NCBI GenBank assembly: GCA_049517335.1
Contig: JBEKSD010000005.1
Location: forward strand, 1 to 64,000
DNA: 64,000 bases
DNA from: Candidatus Omnitrophota bacterium
Lineage (GTDB): Bacteria > Omnitrophota > Gorgyraeia > Gygaellales > Profunditerraquicolaceae
Direction: 5' to 3'
Below the pieces are notes generated by a model, which was not told the origin of the DNA, did no database searches, and saw only the letters and a list, made by a program, of their open reading frames with translations. The number at the start of each line of letters is the position of its first letter. Within the stretch, counting starts at the first letter, position 1. Both the position numbers and the translations under genes were made by a program. Of the stretch, positions 28,747 through 39,498 are shown one piece after another.

Positions 28747-29889
28747 TTATGCCACCTTTTTCCTGAATCTTTTCACCGCGATGCTCAACATTATAAAGGC
28801 AAATAAAAACAAAAAAAGTGCCTCATCCCACATGCTATGTATGCCGCCTCCTTTTAAGAATATTTCCCTTAATACTACGATATAATAACGTGCCGGAATT
28901 AAATAAGTGACTGCCTGCAGGGCTTTCGGCATATTAAAAATAGGATAGATAAATCCGGATAAAAGTACGGTCGGCAACATTGTGGTAAGGCTCGCCATTT
29001 GGCTGGCCATTAATTGCGTCCGGGCAACTATAGAAATCAATATGCCTTGCGATAAAGCGCCGGTTAAAAAGAGAGCGCTTAGCGTAACGAGCAAAAGATA
29101 ACTGCCTCTAAAAGGGACACCGAACAAAAACCTAGCCATAATTATCCCTATTGTAAGGTCAAAGAATCCGATGGCAAAATAAGGTATGAATTTTCCTATA
29201 ACGAGTTCTGGGGCTTTTACGGGAGTGGAAATCAGCTGCTCCATCGTGCCCCTCTCCCATTCCCGGGCAATGCAGATCGAAGTGAGCAATGCCGCAATAA
29301 TCATGATAATCATCGCGATAACCCCGGGGACAATAAACCACGTGCTGGTCAGGCCCATGTTGAACCAAATCCTTGAACGTGCATCAAGCGATTTAGCCGG
29401 ATTAAGGCCGCTCTCGCTAAGTGAATTGCTCAAAAGACGGACATTATAATTGGAAATGACCGTCTCCACATAACCTCGGGCTATCGTCGCGGTATTGGCA
29501 TCGCTTCCGTCTATTATCAACTGCAAGGGTGCGCTTTTTCCGGATTCGATATAATGTGAGAAATCCTTAGGTATGATTAAAACCATCAAAACTTTTCCGC
29601 TATTAATCTGGCGTTCGATATCCCAGTAGTTATCCGTATAACCCGTTATTTTAAAATATTTGGAATTTTCAAAATTCAGCATGAAATTACGGGTAAGCTC
29701 GGAAGACGCATCCTGATTCCAAACCAGAGTGCGCACGTGGTCAATATCAAGGGAAAGTCCGTAGCCGAAAATCAGCAATAGAAACATCGGGATAGCTAAT
29801 GCCAGCCCCAGGCTGCGCGGGTCGCGCTTAATCTGGACAAATTCCTTCCAGGCTACGGCCTTAATTCTCTTTAAGCTCTGTGCGGTCAT
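28747..29889 (-). CDS. ABC-2 type permease (YbhS-like)
   Basis: REWERGTMEQL, LSGFIYPI. Confidence 0.9.
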   Translation of the reverse strand: MTAQSLKRIKAVAWKEFVQIKRDPRSLGLALAIPMFLLLIFGYGLSLDIDHVRTLVWNQDASSELTRNFMLNFENSKYFKITGYTDNYWDIERQINSGKVLMVLIIPKDFSHYIESGKSAPLQLIIDGSDANTATIARGYVETVISNYNVRLLSNSLSESGLNPAKSLDARSRIWFNMGLTSTWFIVPGVIAMIIMIIAALLTSICIAREWERGTMEQLISTPVKAPELVIGKFIPYFAIGFFDLTIGIIMARFLFGVPFRGSYLLLVTLSALFLTGALSQGILISIVARTQLMASQMASLTTMLPTVLLSGFIYPIFNMPKALQAVTYLIPARYYIVVLREIFLKGGGIHSMWDEALFLFLFAFIMLSIAVKRFRKKVA

Positions 29890-30826
29890 ATTCTTCTATT
29901 GAAGAAACAAATACATCTTCCAAAGAAGGAAGGATCTTACTCACGCTGAACTCACCCACCTTCTCTTTTTGCAGAAATTCTTTTATCCCTAACATGGCTT
30001 CTGCGCTATTATAGACGACGGTGTGTATATTTGCCCCGAAAAGCGCTGCTTCTTTAACGCCTTTAATTTTGGCTATTTTTTCCAGCCACTCCTGAGAATT
30101 AGCTAAAGCGATCTCAAGCACTTCGTTCTTCATACACTTATTCTTCATCTCTTCGGGTGTACCCATGGCAATAATCGTGCCGTGATAGATCAAGACCATA
30201 CGGTTACAGTTCTCCGCCTCATCCATATAATGCGTGGTGACAAAAACGGTTACTCCCGAAGCTGCCAGTTGTTTGATAGTATCCCAAAAATTAGCGCGGG
30301 TTATTGGATCAACGCCTGAAGTCGGCTCATCAAGAAATATGATCTTGGGCCTATGTAGCAACGCGCAACCCAAAGCAAGACGCTGCTTCCATCCGCCGGC
30401 AAGTGTAGAGGTAAGATTCGATTCCATTCCTTCTAATCCCGCGGTACGGATAGTTGCTTTGAAACGTTCTTTCTTTTCTTTTCCCGGAATTTTATATATA
30501 CCGCTATAAAAATTAATATTTTCTTCTATGGTCAGATCATTATAAAGGGAAAATTTCTGCGACATATAGCCGATATTTTCTTTGATCTTATGCTGCTCCC
30601 TTACAATGTCAAACCCTCCCACCAACCCGCTGCCTGAGGTAGGAGTAATTATCCCACAGAGCATCCTGATAGTAGTGGATTTTCCCGCTCCGTTAGGGCC
30701 CAGAAATCCGAAAATCTCACCCCTTTGGACATCGAAATTAATCCGATTGACCGCGGTAAAATCGCCGAATTTTTTTTCAAGGCCCCGGACGCTTACAGCA
30801 GTATTATTTGGGCTGCTCTCTTTCAT
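29861..30826 (-). CDS. ABC transporter ATPase
   Basis: GPNGAGKS, LAGGWKQR, LDEPT. Confidence 0.92.
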   Translation of the reverse strand: MKESSPNNTAVSVRGLEKKFGDFTAVNRINFDVQRGEIFGFLGPNGAGKSTTIRMLCGIITPTSGSGLVGGFDIVREQHKIKENIGYMSQKFSLYNDLTIEENINFYSGIYKIPGKEKKERFKATIRTAGLEGMESNLTSTLAGGWKQRLALGCALLHRPKIIFLDEPTSGVDPITRANFWDTIKQLAASGVTVFVTTHYMDEAENCNRMVLIYHGTIIAMGTPEEMKNKCMKNEVLEIALANSQEWLEKIAKIKGVKEAALFGANIHTVVYNSAEAMLGIKEFLQKEKVGEFSVSKILPSLEDVFVSSIEEYDRTELKEN

Positions 30827-31544
30827 ATTCCTTAATTATCGTAATGAATGCCTGCTCAAGGGTCTTGGCATTATATTCTTTTTTTATATTTTCGGGCGAT
30901 TCGCAACGTAAGAGCTTGCCCTTATGCAGTAAACCCACCCTGCGGCAACGCTCAGCTTCGTCAAGGTAACAAGTAGAACAAAAGATGGTAACTTTTTCTT
31001 TAAGTAGATCATAAAGTATATTCCAGAAATCCCTACGGGAAACCGGGTCAACACCGTTAGTGGGCTCATCAAGGAATAAAACTTTGGGGGTGTGAATCAG
31101 GGCGCAGGCTAAGCCTAACTTTTGTTTCATACCTCCGGAGAGTTTGCCGGCAAAACGCTGTTTAAAAGGCAGGAGGCCGGAAAACGTGAGCAGACGTTCG
31201 ATTGCTTCACTGCGTTTATCTTTAGTAATGCCGTAAACATCGGCGTAAAAGTTAATATTTTCCAGCACGCTTAATTCTTCATAAAGCCCGAAACGCTGCG
31301 ACATATAAGCGATATACTCTTTTAAACTTTCGGCTTCCTTTACTGTATGCTTGTTGTAAACCCAAGCCTCGCCTTCCGTAGGGTCTAATATTCCGGTTAA
31401 GAGCCGCATAGTCGTGGATTTTCCCGCTCCGTCCGGGCCGACCAAACCAAAAATCTCCCCCTCTTCAACCTCAAGGTTTAAGCGCTCAAGCGCTGTCAAT
31501 GTTCCGAACTTACGGGTAAGATTCTCAGTTTTTATAGTAACCAT
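30804..31544 (-). CDS. ABC transporter ATPase
   Basis: GPDGAGKS, LSGGMKQK, LDEPT. Confidence 0.92.
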   Translation of the reverse strand: MVTIKTENLTRKFGTLTALERLNLEVEEGEIFGLVGPDGAGKSTTMRLLTGILDPTEGEAWVYNKHTVKEAESLKEYIAYMSQRFGLYEELSVLENINFYADVYGITKDKRSEAIERLLTFSGLLPFKQRFAGKLSGGMKQKLGLACALIHTPKVLFLDEPTNGVDPVSRRDFWNILYDLLKEKVTIFCSTCYLDEAERCRRVGLLHKGKLLRCESPENIKKEYNAKTLEQAFITIIKEYEREQPK

Positions 31545-31553
31545 TAAATAGGG

Positions 31554-32390
31554 TTATTGAATCATTATGTAAGCATCCGCGGGCATTCCGGGCTTTAGTT
31601 CCAAACTTGAGTTATCAACCCTGACCTTTATCCTGTAAACATACTTTACTCTCTCTTCAGTAGTCTGGATGTATTTAGGAGTGAACTCTGTCTGGGAAGA
31701 TATGAATGAGACCCAGCCGTCATATCTTTTTCCTTTATAACTATCTGTCTGGACATGCGCCTTCTGTCCCAGCTTGACCCTGCCTAAATCAGTCTCATTG
31801 ATATAAGCGGTAACCCAAAGGTCATTGAGGTCTACGGCAGTAAAAACAGGAGAGCCCGGTTGTACGACTTCTCCGGTAAGCGCGCTCTTTACAAGCACAT
31901 AACCGTTAAGTGGACTGGCTAAATCAGCCCACCCTAATTTTGTATTGGCTAGTTCCAAAGAAGCACTCAGCTGTTTAATGTTTGCCGAATCGGTATCCAT
32001 AAGTGTTTTTGCCGCATCGCGCTGCTGGGCTGAGATTGCGCCGGCCTTAAAGAGGTTCTCCGCTCTTATATAATTATCGTAATCCAGCTTATATTGATAT
32101 TCTGCCAGTTTCAGCGCTGCTTCCGCCTCAGCCTGTATTTTACTCAATTCATCTTTCTTGAGGCGGGCGACAATCTCATCTTTCTTTATGACCTTACCTT
32201 CATCAGTCAGAAGCTCTTCAATCTGGCCGGCTATCCTAAAAGATATACGCACATCATCTCCTTCAATGCTGCCTGAGACTTTGATTATGTCTTTGTTAAT
32301 GCCCTTTTCTTTTAAGATGAAAACAACCGCCGCATAAGCGACAACAGCCAAAAACCCCATTATGATTATAACTTTTATTTTTTTTCTCAT
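31554..32390 (-). CDS. HlyD/YbhG-family membrane fusion protein
   Basis: SPLNG, EFTPKYIQT, LKPGMPAD. Confidence 0.88.
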   Translation of the reverse strand: MRKKIKVIIIMGFLAVVAYAAVVFILKEKGINKDIIKVSGSIEGDDVRISFRIAGQIEELLTDEGKVIKKDEIVARLKKDELSKIQAEAEAALKLAEYQYKLDYDNYIRAENLFKAGAISAQQRDAAKTLMDTDSANIKQLSASLELANTKLGWADLASPLNGYVLVKSALTGEVVQPGSPVFTAVDLNDLWVTAYINETDLGRVKLGQKAHVQTDSYKGKRYDGWVSFISSQTEFTPKYIQTTEERVKYVYRIKVRVDNSSLELKPGMPADAYIMIQ

Positions 32391-33976
32391 TTTGCCTCCT
32401 CTATGAAACCGCTTCCCATAATCCTGTCCAGCCTTGCCTTGGCCATGATATAATCGTATGTGCCTTCGGCAAGGTTCTTTTCCACGTTAGCCAAAGAAAC
32501 CTGCGCGTCCAGGACATCCAGATTTATCCCTACGCCGCTATCGTAACGCACATAAGAAATCCTCAAGGCTTCTTTTGCGTCTTCAAGGTTGTCTTTCTGT
32601 GATTCTATAACAGAAGATGCCTGCTTTAGATCAAGGCACGCCTGCCTTACGTCAACTGCAACCTGATCAGCCAGATTCTCTTTTCCTATGACTTCCTGCA
32701 TATATTTTGCGCGGGCGGAATTCACTTTTGCCCTTGTTGAAAAACCGTCAAATAAGGGTAGGCTCACGGCAAAACCTATATTCCAATTATTATGCCTCTT
32801 GTTAAACATATCCCCTAAATCATTAGACTGATAATAGTATTCCGCGCTCGTCTCTACCTTCGGCAGCCAGCCTGCGCGGGCGTATTTAATTGCCCATTTA
32901 CTTATATTTATGCCTAAAGATTTTAAAATCATCTCCGGCTCATTCAGATAGGCTTCTTTAAGAAAGTCTTTTTCCTGTATTTCCAGCGGGTCATAAATTA
33001 ATCTATCATTGATAATTATCTTATCGCTGACTTTTAAGCCGAGTAATTTATTGAACTCCGCGATAATCAAATCTATGGAGTTCTGCGCGTTTATCAGCTG
33101 CGGTAGGAGTAAAGAAACCTGCACCTTGGATTGCAGGACGTCAAACTTTGAAGAAGTTCCCTGCTCAAAATTATGCTTTACTTTTTCGTAATGGCTTTCT
33201 GCCTGTCCCACGAGCTCTTCCGCGATGCGTTTTGTTTCGTAAGCAAGGAGTAAACCGTAATAAAGCCTTTTTGCTTCAAGCTCTACGTTAAGTTTTATCG
33301 CCCGCAGGGTTTCCTTCTGTTCCTTCAGAGCAAGCTGCGCTTGCCTTAAAGCGGCAGTATTCGCTCCGCCGCTGTAAATAGTTTCATTGACGGTTACGCT
33401 CATCAGGTTGTTATTCGTATAACCGGTAAATACCCCAATGTCTTTTTTCCCGGTAGTGGCAATTGGGAGGCTTAGCGCTGCGCCGCTGTGCGTAAAGCCG
33501 GCATTATAATCAACCTTGGGCAGAAATTCACTTCTTGCATTCAATATGTCCGCTTCCGACACTCTAAGCGCATACTCCTGTATCCGGATATCCTTATTAT
33601 TCCTGAATGCGATGCTGATCGCATCCTTTAGCGAAGAAAGTTGCAGGGTCTGCGGTTTTTCATCACAAAAACCGCTCTTAGGTACTGATAAAGATAAGCC
33701 AAAAAGGGCCATAATAATTATAAACTTGGAGGCCTTCCGGACTATACTTTTAAATTCCTTATAAAAATGGTATTTTTTATTGGCGCTGAAGAAACGGGCA
33801 TTTGCTTTATAATAGCTTGAGAGTACTCCTTCTTTCTGAAGGTTATAGAGCGTCCTCTGAAAGACGCCCGGCTTGGTTTTAAGGATCCTCCCCAGCTCCT
33901 GAATGTAAAACTGCTGGCTGGGGTGAGCGTAAAAAACTTTTAGGAGTTTTATGGTGCTTCTTGAAAATTGCATCAT
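32387..33976 (-). CDS. TolC-family protein with an N-terminal winged-helix domain
   Basis: Residues ~1-80 are wHTH-like (FYIQELGRIL...FQRTLYNLQKEGVL), then a signal-like hydrophobic stretch, then OEP repeats. Confidence 0.85.
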   Translation of the reverse strand: MMQFSRSTIKLLKVFYAHPSQQFYIQELGRILKTKPGVFQRTLYNLQKEGVLSSYYKANARFFSANKKYHFYKEFKSIVRKASKFIIIMALFGLSLSVPKSGFCDEKPQTLQLSSLKDAISIAFRNNKDIRIQEYALRVSEADILNARSEFLPKVDYNAGFTHSGAALSLPIATTGKKDIGVFTGYTNNNLMSVTVNETIYSGGANTAALRQAQLALKEQKETLRAIKLNVELEAKRLYYGLLLAYETKRIAEELVGQAESHYEKVKHNFEQGTSSKFDVLQSKVQVSLLLPQLINAQNSIDLIIAEFNKLLGLKVSDKIIINDRLIYDPLEIQEKDFLKEAYLNEPEMILKSLGINISKWAIKYARAGWLPKVETSAEYYYQSNDLGDMFNKRHNNWNIGFAVSLPLFDGFSTRAKVNSARAKYMQEVIGKENLADQVAVDVRQACLDLKQASSVIESQKDNLEDAKEALRISYVRYDSGVGINLDVLDAQVSLANVEKNLAEGTYDYIMAKARLDRIMGSGFIEEAK

Positions 33977-34000
33977 TTTTAGCAGTAATTATATGCTTAT

Positions 34001-34036
34001 TGAATATAATTATATACATTAGCATATATTTGTCAA
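34001..34036 (-). promoter_or_regulatory. Sigma70 promoter whose -10 box lies inside an 18-bp palindrome
   Basis: TTGACA(34036-34031)-N16-TATAAT(34014-34009); palindrome TGAATATAATTATATACA at 34001-34018; perfect copy TGCATATAATTATATGCA at 34092-34109. Confidence 0.55.
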
Positions 34037-34624
34037 GTTATTTGTTGAAGCCATGCATTATTCTACGTCAACTCATATATTATATTTATTTTGCATATAA
34101 TTATATGCATTATGAATATACATTAATTATATTACTCTGGCGGGAGAAAGCTGGCTTATTCCTTATTTATTAATTTCAATGCGTGAACTAGACAGGCATT
34201 CCGGGAAGCGCTCCTGCAAAAACCCAACGAGCTTTTCCCTTACTTCACAACATAGGTCCTACAATACGGATGAATCGGAGACGTTTCCGTGCTACTATTT
34301 CCATAAGCCCTCTTTTTTTGTTTGTAAAATGGTGCTTTTCCTAACACCATTTTACGGAGGGCTTCCTTAAATTTCAACTAAGTTTAGCATACCGTCGCGC
34401 GAAGAAGTGCGATTTCGTCTCTCTCTTCGCCAGAGAGTTGTTTGTATTGTTTTCATAACACCTAGGATACATCATCATCCTAAGTGTTGCACTTCATTAT
34501 TGAACTGGGGCCTTGAAATTTATCTCTCTTTAGGCTTTATTCTAAGCTTATTCGACCTTATTAAAATATTAGGAAACTGGCAAAAGGCGAGATATAATTA
34601 TATTTAATATTTGCACGGGCAGGA

Positions 34625-35662
34625 TGAACTTAAAAAATAAAAAGGGGGCATTTTTAATATAGGTACCTCATACATCGTTAAGTTTTCTTTTTATGGCTTT
34701 AGAATCAGAGTAAAATGCCAGGATATAGAGACCCTGCAAAAGATACACAGAGACCTTAAGTGACGATGTAGCAGCCAAGGTATTGTTCGAAGTTTTCAAC
34801 GGAGTATCCGATTATAGCAAATTTTCTTCTCTTAAGGCATATTTATATACCAGCCACAATATTTGCTATAGAGAGAAAGACATTTTTTATCGATTATTTT
34901 GGCAAGGGTTTAGCAGTTATCGACCAGCGTAAAAATATTTATAGGATATTTTGCCCGGAGCCGCATTTAAGACACGAAATTGTCTTTTTATATATTTTAG
35001 CGTTAGCCGGCCAAAACCTCGGTTTAAAAAATCTGCATAGAGTTCACGGTTTGGGGCTTGAGGTTAACAATGAAGCAATTTTAGTTCTTTCGCCAAGCGG
35101 AGGAGGAAAAACCACGCTTCTTTTGGACCTGATTAAAAATAAATCTGTTAAGCTAATATCGGAAGATTCACCCTTAATTGACGCCAGGGGTCAGGCGCTT
35201 CCTTTTAGAATTGGAGTATCGTATCAGGCCAAACCTAAAGATATTGCGCAAAAAAATTTACATTTAATTCAAAGAATAGGAACTGGGTTGAAGTATGTGA
35301 TAAATATAGATTTTTTCAAAGATAAAATTTCCCAAAAGCCGCTTCCCGTACGTCATATACTCTGTGGCGTAAGGTGTCTTAGGGCTAATTCAGATATTCA
35401 GCCAGTATCCAAGTATAATGCATTCAAGAAACTTATAGAAAATTCTGTGGTTGGAGTAAGATTATACCAGGGTGCCGAATTTTTGATTCAAATGGGTATT
35501 GGGGGACTTTTTTTTAAAAGCCCGGTTTTATTTTCTAGGCTTAGGAACGTCACTAAGGTTTTACTTGGGGCTAAGACTTATTCGTTTACTATGGGTTGTG
35601 ACCGTAAGAAAAATGCGGAAACATTTTTGAATTTTTGTCAAAACATTGTTAATAGCGGATAA
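34625..35662 (+). pseudogene. Disrupted HPr-kinase-like P-loop protein
   Basis: ORF 35051-35662 starts mid-domain (upstream RVHGLG, then SPSGGGKTT). The upstream coding-like segment is broken by stops and frameshifts; the 5' boundary is approximate. Confidence 0.5.
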
Positions 35663-35667
35663 AGGGT

Positions 35668-37464
35668 ATGCTTAGATTCTTGATTAAAATATTCGTATTT
35701 TTATTAAAATGCATTATCTATCTTTTGAATACTATTTCTAATTGGAGATCTAAGGTAATTATCAGACAGAGGACTGGAGCGCTTCTTATAAACCCTATCG
35801 TCAAAGTGGTTGTTTATACCGCAATATTTGGAGATAAGGATAGGCTAAGAGAGGTTCGTAAATTCCCAGGTATTGATTATATCTGTTTTACCGACGATGA
35901 AACTCTAACTTCAAAAACCTGGAAGATTGAAAAAATAAAAGGGACACATAGAGATCCTAGGATGAATGCGAAAATCTACAAAATCTTGCCCCACCATTTT
36001 TTTCAAAACTATGAATATAGCCTATGGGTGGATGGGACGCATACACCCATTGTAGATATAAGATTTTTAATCCATAAGTTTTTGAACAAAGAGGATATCG
36101 CCGTCTTTAGCCATCCGAGAAGAAGGTGTGTTTATGAAGAAATGGAGGTATGTATAAGGTATAACAAAGATGATGCCGAGGTAATTAGAAAACAAGAGGA
36201 GAAACTTCGAAGCGAAAACTATCCGGAAAATAACGGTTTGGCTACCTGTACCGTAATATTGAGAAAACATAATGTTCCTAAAGTCAGGGAAGCTATGGAA
36301 GACTGGTGGAGAGAGATTAATAGATACAGCATAAGAGACCAGCTGTCTTTCAATTATATTGCTTATCGCAACAATTTAAATTATGCAGTGATACTACCCG
36401 GAGATGTTTATAATAATCACTTTTTTGAATACATAGAACACTTGAGGCCAGATCGCCTTACTTTAAGCATTGGCTGGATTCTTAATGGCACCATTGAAAC
36501 AGCCAGTTCCAGAATTATGGGGTATAATATTCATGAATATCTCGTAGCAAAAAATATATCCTCAAGGATTCTCTATAGACCCGAAAGCCGTATTATTTCT
36601 AACCTCAATCTACCAAAAGAACAAATAGATGACATTTTGAATACTAACATTAATATATTAATATTAGTAAAAATTGATTCAGGAGAGAATTTAGATTACA
36701 TCATCAGAAGGTGCAAGAAGAGAAACATAAAAGTCGTCTATTCTGTTTGTGATTTGCCATCAAAAAAGATGAGTAAGAAAGCAGATGCAATCATCGCTAC
36801 GAGTAACTATTACTCTAAGATTATACCCAGAAAATACCATAATAAACTATATATTGCTTTTGACGGATATGAACAACCCCAGGAACTGTATAAAATCCAT
36901 AACAATGAACGCAAGATTAAACTCTGCTTTGTTTCTAATCAGGTATGGGACGAGTTTCCCTACATTACGGAACTCCCCAAAGATGTCTGCTTAAAAATTA
37001 TAGGACCAAATAAAGAGATCTTAACCTCTTCTTTTAAAAATTCGCTGGTGTTTAAAAAAAGTAAATTTGATTTTGAATATGTTACATGGGATCTTAAAAC
37101 AGTGTATGAAGAAATTTTGGCTTGCGATGTCGGTATCATACCTTGGCCTAAGATGGGTATAGCCCAAAGAATAAAGAGTTTTAACAGGTTGGTTATGTTC
37201 ATGGCTTTAGGAATGCCTGTAATTACAAGCCCGATACCATCTTATCTAGGAATAATAAGACATAAAGAAAACGGGTTTATTGCAAAAACACCTGATGAAT
37301 GGATGGATTATATTATTTTCTTAAGAGACAATCCGGAAAAACGGGAAGAAATTGGAAGAAAAGCAAGGGAAGATGTTGTAAATAAATATTCTAAAGAAAA
37401 GCAAGGCGTTCTTTATTTAGAGATATTTAAAAAAATATTAACGAAAACAAACGATTATGTTTAG
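35668..37464 (+). CDS. Two-domain glycosyltransferase (DUF616/TOD1-MUCI70-like plus GT4)
   Basis: VYTAIFG, KILPH, WVDG, RDQLSF; C-terminal KSFNRL...MALGMPVI. Confidence 0.85.
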   Translation: MLRFLIKIFVFLLKCIIYLLNTISNWRSKVIIRQRTGALLINPIVKVVVYTAIFGDKDRLREVRKFPGIDYICFTDDETLTSKTWKIEKIKGTHRDPRMNAKIYKILPHHFFQNYEYSLWVDGTHTPIVDIRFLIHKFLNKEDIAVFSHPRRRCVYEEMEVCIRYNKDDAEVIRKQEEKLRSENYPENNGLATCTVILRKHNVPKVREAMEDWWREINRYSIRDQLSFNYIAYRNNLNYAVILPGDVYNNHFFEYIEHLRPDRLTLSIGWILNGTIETASSRIMGYNIHEYLVAKNISSRILYRPESRIISNLNLPKEQIDDILNTNINILILVKIDSGENLDYIIRRCKKRNIKVVYSVCDLPSKKMSKKADAIIATSNYYSKIIPRKYHNKLYIAFDGYEQPQELYKIHNNERKIKLCFVSNQVWDEFPYITELPKDVCLKIIGPNKEILTSSFKNSLVFKKSKFDFEYVTWDLKTVYEEILACDVGIIPWPKMGIAQRIKSFNRLVMFMALGMPVITSPIPSYLGIIRHKENGFIAKTPDEWMDYIIFLRDNPEKREEIGRKAREDVVNKYSKEKQGVLYLEIFKKILTKTNDYV

Positions 37465-37497
37465 TTTTCTTAAAAAGATTGCGCTGGTTCAAATTAT

Positions 37498-39498
37498 TTG
37501 ATATTATTGTTAGAACAAATGAACATTCTAAAAAAACTTGCAAAATATTCAATAGACTTTTTTAAAAAATCTAAAAATCCCCTGCCTTCTCTTCGTAATG
37601 ACTCAATATGTGCTGTTTCGGGAAGGGTAGATATCATCGTATATGTAAATACTGGACTATCCCTATTTAAAGAATGTTTAGAGTCTGTCGTAAAAAATTC
37701 AACTGATTATCATTTAATCATAGTAAATGATAGTTTAGATAAAGAAGTTAAAGACTATCTGGTGGCTTTTTCTTCTCAGCATAATTGCACATGGATAGAA
37801 AATTTAGATACTTTGGGCTATGCAAAGTCTATTAACAAAGCAATAAGCGCATGTGCTTGCGCATACATTGTTTTATTGGATGCGGATGTTATACTTACAA
37901 AAACCTGGTTAGAAAATATGCTTGAATGTATAAACACGGATGATACAATAGGTATCGTTACCCCTCTTTTAGATACAGAACTTTACCAAGGACTTAATAG
38001 TATATTTCAACCTGATGACAAAAAAGTCAATGCACTTTTAGAGAGCTTCAATTTAGAAATGATGGCAACAATTGTGGAAAATGCCTCCTGCAATGATTTT
38101 CCCAAAATATCGTTTATGAATCAGCCTTGTTTTATGATAAAAAAAGATGTGATTGGTTCGATTGGCTTATTGAAAGAAAAAGGATCTTCCGAGAAGCAAG
38201 AAGTGATGAAAGACTATTGGTTAAGAGCTCAAGAGGCGGGTTTTAATACAAGAATTGCTGATAACTGTTATGTTTCTCATAAAAGATTCGATTGGTTTAA
38301 TGGCAAGCTTAACGAATTGTCAACAGGTAATATACACGATTCAAACCTGCATAAAATTTTTAATAGCGTCAAACAGCTTCTGCTTTCAACTACTTTGATT
38401 AAAGAACTATTTAATAAATCAATATTGTTTCTGATGCCTTCTATGGGGGGGAGCGGCGGAGTGCACTCGGTTATCCAGGAAGTAAGCGGCCTTAGAGAAT
38501 GCGGGCTAAACGTAAAAGTTGCGATTTTTAAATCCAATATAGACAGTTTCTTATTTCATTATCCTGAAGCAAAGGACTTTTGCTGTGTTTATGCAAATGA
38601 AAATGATGAGGAATTGATAAAACAATCTGGCAAATTCGATATCGTTATTTCTACAAATCACACTTCGGTAAAATGCTTGGAAAAAATTGTGGATAATCAT
38701 CCTGAGGTTATACCTCTGCGCTATATCCAAGATTACGAACCTTGGTTTTTCAAAAAGAACGATTTAAGGCACAGTGCAGCAGAGCAATCTCATACTTTAG
38801 TTCCTAATATGGTATGTTTTGCAAAAACTGATTGGCTTTGTAAAATAATTAAACAGTTTCACGGGGTGGATGTAGTTAAAATTAACCCAAGCTTAGATAA
38901 AAGCATCTATAATTATTGGGGTGTTAGAAATAAAAAGATTACAGAACCTGTAAGAATAACTGCCATGATTCGAGTTCGACACAGCAGTCCTAGGCGCTCC
39001 CCAAAGGAGACACTAACTATATTAAAAATAATTAAAAAGAAATATAAAAACAGGGTAGATATAAGAGTTTTTGGATCTAGCGATGAAGAGTTGGATACTA
39101 TGGATGAGTCAAGGGGGTTTCGTTTTATCAACTTTGGAGAACTAAAAAGACTACAGGTAGCTGAACTTTTGAAGAGTTCTGATATTTTTGTTGATGCTTC
39201 GCAATATCAGGCCTTTGGCCGCACAGGTCTGGAAGCAATGGCAGTAGGTTGTGCAACTATCTTACCTAAAAATTGTGGCACCAGCGAATATGCAAAAGAT
39301 AATGAGAACTCTCTGCTGGTAGATACTAAGGAAAAAAGTAAGGTTATTTTAGCCATAGAAAGGCTGATTTCTGACAAAGAACTTTTAGCACATATCAAAG
39401 AAGAAGGAATTAAGACAGCCAGATTATATTCTGTCAGAAAAGCCGTCTGGTCTGAAATCTTGTTATTTAGTCATATTTTAACTAGAGAGAATAAATGA
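37498..39498 (+). CDS. GT2 plus GT4 (WsaF-like) glycosyltransferase
   Basis: LLDADV DxD motif; SGGVHSV, YIQDYEPWF, QAFGRTGLEAMA. Confidence 0.85.
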   Translation: MILLLEQMNILKKLAKYSIDFFKKSKNPLPSLRNDSICAVSGRVDIIVYVNTGLSLFKECLESVVKNSTDYHLIIVNDSLDKEVKDYLVAFSSQHNCTWIENLDTLGYAKSINKAISACACAYIVLLDADVILTKTWLENMLECINTDDTIGIVTPLLDTELYQGLNSIFQPDDKKVNALLESFNLEMMATIVENASCNDFPKISFMNQPCFMIKKDVIGSIGLLKEKGSSEKQEVMKDYWLRAQEAGFNTRIADNCYVSHKRFDWFNGKLNELSTGNIHDSNLHKIFNSVKQLLLSTTLIKELFNKSILFLMPSMGGSGGVHSVIQEVSGLRECGLNVKVAIFKSNIDSFLFHYPEAKDFCCVYANENDEELIKQSGKFDIVISTNHTSVKCLEKIVDNHPEVIPLRYIQDYEPWFFKKNDLRHSAAEQSHTLVPNMVCFAKTDWLCKIIKQFHGVDVVKINPSLDKSIYNYWGVRNKKITEPVRITAMIRVRHSSPRRSPKETLTILKIIKKKYKNRVDIRVFGSSDEELDTMDESRGFRFINFGELKRLQVAELLKSSDIFVDASQYQAFGRTGLEAMAVGCATILPKNCGTSEYAKDNENSLLVDTKEKSKVILAIERLISDKELLAHIKEEGIKTARLYSVRKAVWSEILLFSHILTRENK

